Positions 33,594 to 36,059 of a stretch of DNA of 36,059 nt are shown here, piece after piece; position 1 is the first letter of the stretch; every line of letters starts with the position of its first letter. The notes beneath the pieces were generated by a model. It was not told the DNA's origin, searched no databases, and was given only the letters and a program-made list of their open reading frames with translations. The stretch is from a virus (taxonomy: Duplodnaviria > Caudoviricetes): IMG/VR virus record IMGVR_UViG_3300043174_000026, positions 1 through 36,059 of that record. One strand, 5' to 3'. The position numbers and the translations under genes are program-made.

Positions 33594-33668
33594 GCACCGT
33601 TGGCGGAGTAGTTTACGCACTTGCCTGCAAAGCAAGGTACGCTGGTGTGATTCCAGCACGGTGCTCCA
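33594..33668 (+). tRNA. tRNA-Cys(GCA)
   Basis: GCACCGT/ACGGTGC, CTTGC-CTGCAAA-GCAAG, TCCA. Confidence 0.87.
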
Positions 33669-33671
33669 TGT

Positions 33672-33746
33672 GCTACCAAAGCATAGATAGCGATGCGCCC
33701 GCCTCGTAAGCGGGAGAGGGTGCTGCAAGTTCACCTGGTAGCTCCA
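33672..33746 (+). tRNA. tRNA-Thr(CGT), atypical T arm
   Basis: GCTACCA/TGGTAGC, CCCGC-CTCGTAA-GCGGG, TCCA. Confidence 0.8.
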
Positions 33747-33748
33747 GT

Positions 33749-33822
33749 GCGGACATCGTATAATGGTATTACCTGAGCCTTCCAAGCTCATGATGCGGGT
33801 TCGATTCCCGCTGTCCGCTCCA
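33749..33822 (+). tRNA. tRNA-Gly(TCC)
   Basis: GCGGACA/TGTCCGC, TGAGC-CTTCCAA-GCTCA, TCCA. Confidence 0.95.
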
Positions 33823-33856
33823 ATATGCTGTTGTGTTGTGCGAATGGTAGGGTATC

Positions 33857-34069
33857 GTGTCGCGAATTCAGGTAGAGTTGTTCTGTGAGGACACGGGCGC
33901 GACGTTGATTTGTTGGGTTGACCGCGATGCCCGTCTTAAAGGGCCAGGAATTCGCTTGACATTGAAGGAGTTTCCTGATATACTATGAGCTTTGGTCAAC
34001 ATTTATCGTGAGGTCGCAATAGACCCTGCGATGTTGCACCGAACGTGGAAAGTAGGTGGGTTGTCGTAA
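33857..34069 (+). pseudogene. 70-codon frame interrupted by one in-frame TGA (33986-33988)
   Basis: MSRIQVELFCEDTGATLICWVD...EFPDIL*ALVNIY...LHRTWKVGGLS; final TAA overlaps next ATG (TAATG). Confidence 0.5.
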
Positions 34070-34491
34070 TGCAGACGTTTCTCCCCGTGGTGATCGACAA
34101 ACTCCCGATGTTGTCTTGCGCGTCGTCCGCTAAAGTGCTGGACCGGCAACGACTCGGGAAGCAGCGCGTGGAAGCGTGGCAGATTTATCGGACTCTGATG
34201 GGCGAGTCTAGCGGATGGCGCAACCATCCTGCCGTTCGAATGTGGCGGGGGTATGAGTTGGCGCTATCCGTCTACGGGCGGATCATGTGCGTGGAGTGGG
34301 CTGCGCGTGGGTACGTGGACAACCTATTCTCTCGCTTCCCGCAGACGTGGTCAGAGAAGTTTCCGGATTGGATGTGGGACCCAGCGTTTAGCGCGTCTCA
34401 CCGTGCCAATCTGTTGCGAAAAAAACCGGAGTGGTACGGACAGTTCGGATGGATTGAGGACCCGTCGCTCCCTTACGTTTGGCCGGTGTAA
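34069..34491 (+). CDS. Pyrimidine-dimer DNA glycosylase / endonuclease V-like protein
   Basis: MQTFLP, LD..RLGKQRVE..QI, GW.NHPAV.MW.GY, SHR.NLLRK.P.WY, Y.WP. Confidence 0.88.
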   Translation: MQTFLPVVIDKLPMLSCASSAKVLDRQRLGKQRVEAWQIYRTLMGESSGWRNHPAVRMWRGYELALSVYGRIMCVEWAARGYVDNLFSRFPQTWSEKFPDWMWDPAFSASHRANLLRKKPEWYGQFGWIEDPSLPYVWPV

Positions 34492-34556
34492 CTCAACGGC
34501 AGAGTTCCTGTTTTGTAAGCAGGGAGTTGGAGGTTCGAATCCTCTCGCCGGCTCCA
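34482..34556 (+). tRNA. tRNA-Thr(TGT)
   Basis: GCCGGTG/CGCCGGC, CCTGT-TTTGTAA-GCAGG, TCCA. Confidence 0.93.
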
Positions 34557-34569
34557 GTTGAAGGTGGTT

Positions 34570-34668
34570 ATGGAGACGTATCATATCGTTGCGGCCGCAC
34601 TTATTGGTATCGTTGTGCTCGCTGTTGTGGGATTGTTCTTGTGGGCGGACCACAGAAAGCCGCGTTAG
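34570..34668 (+). CDS. 32-aa single-TM peptide
   Basis: AAGGTGG RBS; METYHIVAAALIGIVVLAVVGLFLWADHRKPR; stop inside tRNA-Thr. Confidence 0.55.
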   Translation: METYHIVAAALIGIVVLAVVGLFLWADHRKPR

Positions 34669-34732
34669 TTCAATAGTAGAATACGTGCTTGGTAAGCATG
34701 TGACGCAGGAGCGTAACCCGCACGCGGCTCCA
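34659..34732 (+). tRNA. tRNA-Thr(GGT)
   Basis: GCCGCGT/ACGCGGC, CGTGC-TTGGTAA-GCATG, TCCA. Confidence 0.85.
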
Positions 34733-34905
34733 ATGTTCACAAAAACCCTTATGTTTACGATGTTGTGAACGTTCACGTATGAACAAGTTTACACAGCCTT
34801 AAATATACAAAGGGAGGTCGTGAACATATGAGACGATACGAAGTTAGGGTGCTTGTGTTTGCGGAGATGGAGCGCAGAGCGGAGTTCTTGAAGGTGGAGT
34901 AATGT

Positions 34906-34996
34906 GGCGTGGTAAGCGTAGTGGCGAACGCAGCGGGCTGTAAACCCGTGACCCATTGGGTGAACACCGGAGGTTCGACTCCTCCTCACGCCACCA
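34906..34996 (+). tRNA. tRNA-Tyr(GTA)
   Basis: GGCGTGG/TCACGCC, GCGGG-CTGTAAA-CCCGT, long variable arm, ACCA. Confidence 0.92.
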
Positions 34997-34999
34997 CAT

Positions 35000-35074
35000 A
35001 CTCGGGTAGCTCAACGGTAGAGCCGCGGTCCTACACACCGAAGGTTGGGGGTTCGATTCCCTCTCCGAGTACCA
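35000..35074 (+). tRNA. tRNA-Val(TAC)
   Basis: ACTCGGG/TCCGAGT, anticodon loop CCTACAC, ACCA. Confidence 0.9.
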
Positions 35075-35078
35075 GTTT

Positions 35079-35153
35079 GGGAGTGTCGTATAGTGGCTAT
35101 TACCTTCGTCTCCAAAACGAATGACGTGGGTTCGATTCCTACCACTCCTGCCA
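35079..35153 (+). tRNA. tRNA-Trp(CCA)
   Basis: GGGAGTG/CACTCCT, TTCGT-CTCCAAA-ACGAA, GCCA. Confidence 0.92.
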
Positions 35154-35521
35154 GCGTTCTCATCGGACCCAGACGACGAGAACATGATTGCGGACTCTGG
35201 GCACTGAGCGTGTTCCTGTCTAAGCCGTATGAGGAAGTTTACCTCGCGGCGTCGAAAGAGGACAAGGACGTAGGGGCAAACGGACTGTGGATGACACAGA
35301 TTGTCCGGATCGCCAAGCGGCTTGGAGCGAAGTTGAAAGAGCGTCGTCGGTTCAATCGCTATACGACGACGGGAATCTTGGGGATGTATCTAGGGGGCAT
35401 CGGTCACGTCAACGTGCTGAAACAGGGTCAGGTCATTGACACCGACTTGACTGTCACGGATGTAGACGAATACATCCGGACACGGAAGGCGAAGATCACG
35501 TCCGTATTGGTCATACAGTGA
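35126..35521 (+). CDS. Papain-like/C39-type peptidase domain protein, start uncertain
   Basis: DCGLWAL...GH..VL..G.VID; nearest in-frame start upstream of the Cys motif is a GTG inside tRNA-Trp. Confidence 0.5.
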   Translation: MGSIPTTPASVLIGPRRREHDCGLWALSVFLSKPYEEVYLAASKEDKDVGANGLWMTQIVRIAKRLGAKLKERRRFNRYTTTGILGMYLGGIGHVNVLKQGQVIDTDLTVTDVDEYIRTRKAKITSVLVIQ

Positions 35522-35593
35522 TGAGGGCAAACTAGCAGAGCCACCGGCCTGTCACGCCGGAAATAGCGGGGGCAGCACCCGTCGTCACTGCCA
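35517..35593 (+). tRNA. tRNA-Asp(GTC), non-canonical T loop
   Basis: AGTGATG/CGTCACT, CCGGC-CTGTCAC-GCCGG, T loop GGCAGCA, GCCA. Confidence 0.85.
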
Positions 35594-35608
35594 TCTTTGG
35601 AGTTCGTT

Positions 35609-36010
35609 ATGACACCGCAGGAAGCAAAGCAACACAAGCACACCGGAGACGGATGGGACCGCGAGTTGGTCAAGCCATTTCTAGAGGTGTGTGGACTTGA
35701 ACCGAGCATTGACATCCATCAGATCAAAGAGAAGTTCGGGACGCTCCGGATTTACCTCACGGGCCCCGAGTGGGCGCAGACGTTGGTGGATGTCTTTGAG
35801 GTCGCGTCGGAATCGTGTTGTGAGGAATGTGGGTTTTGGAACAATCAGTGGTCGGGGGCCAGCCAGCATTACGTGAAGGTCTGGACAAACGCACTACCGA
35901 ACGGGTTTTGGGTCAAAACACTATGTCAGGACTGCCGGGATAAGCGCCAGGCGGAGCATGACGCGGACGTAGCAAAACGTTCTTTGAAATCGAGCGGGGA
36001 TGTGGTGTAG
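35609..36010 (+). CDS. Conserved phage protein with QIKEKFGxLR motif and zinc finger
   Basis: GDGW, QIKEKFGTLRIY, CEECG...W.KTLC..C; GGAG RBS. Confidence 0.78.
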   Translation: MTPQEAKQHKHTGDGWDRELVKPFLEVCGLEPSIDIHQIKEKFGTLRIYLTGPEWAQTLVDVFEVASESCCEECGFWNNQWSGASQHYVKVWTNALPNGFWVKTLCQDCRDKRQAEHDADVAKRSLKSSGDVV

Positions 36011-36059
36011 CAGCATCTGCACAACTGCCTTTGAAGCAGTAGGTCTTGGGTCGGCACCA
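35996..36059 (+). tRNA. tRNA-Gln(TTG), truncated at window end
   Basis: ACTGC-CTTTGAA-GCAGT anticodon arm after a D-arm-like segment; 3' acceptor strand not in window. Confidence 0.7.

Noticed and set aside
1-36059. Genome-wide stop-codon reassignment
   Set aside because: Core genes are intact in the standard code, TAG and TGA both terminate genes at expected positions, and no suppressor tRNA is in the window
1-36059. CRISPR array, inteins or introns in polymerase, helicase, RNR or ThyX
   Set aside because: No repeat-spacer periodicity; the proteins are of normal length with contiguous motifs

Overview
Fragment of a large T4-like (Tevenvirinae/cyanophage-like gene order) myovirus genome; essentially all genes are on the + strand. 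1-22.4 kb is the replication and late block: lysozyme fragment, gp43 DNA polymerase, UvsX, gp40, gp41 helicase, a ligase-like KxDG protein, an HxGH nucleotidyltransferase, probable virion proteins, a HAD nucleotidase, a holin-like gene, gp61 primase, an HNH-NUMOD3 endonuclease, a class II-type ribonucleotide reductase, a GIY-YIG nuclease, a second lysozyme and ThyX. 22.4-36 kb is a tRNA island with 28 complete CCA-encoding tRNAs plus one truncated one, covering every amino acid except Glu, driven by several sigma70-type promoters. It is interleaved with an RNA ligase, a metallophosphoesterase, a vWA protein, a SLOG protein, a PEP-CTERM protein, a pyrimidine-dimer glycosylase and small ORFs. 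The most notable unexplained signals are several structured non-coding segments inside the island: a circularly permuted tRNA-like RNA (22587-22711), a ~335-nt multi-stem RNA with its own promoter, a boxA-like motif and a perfect 23-bp terminal stem (27800-28134), and five smaller multi-stem or pseudoknotted elements. All family assignments come from motif recognition by eye, and RNA structures were folded by hand; no searches were run.
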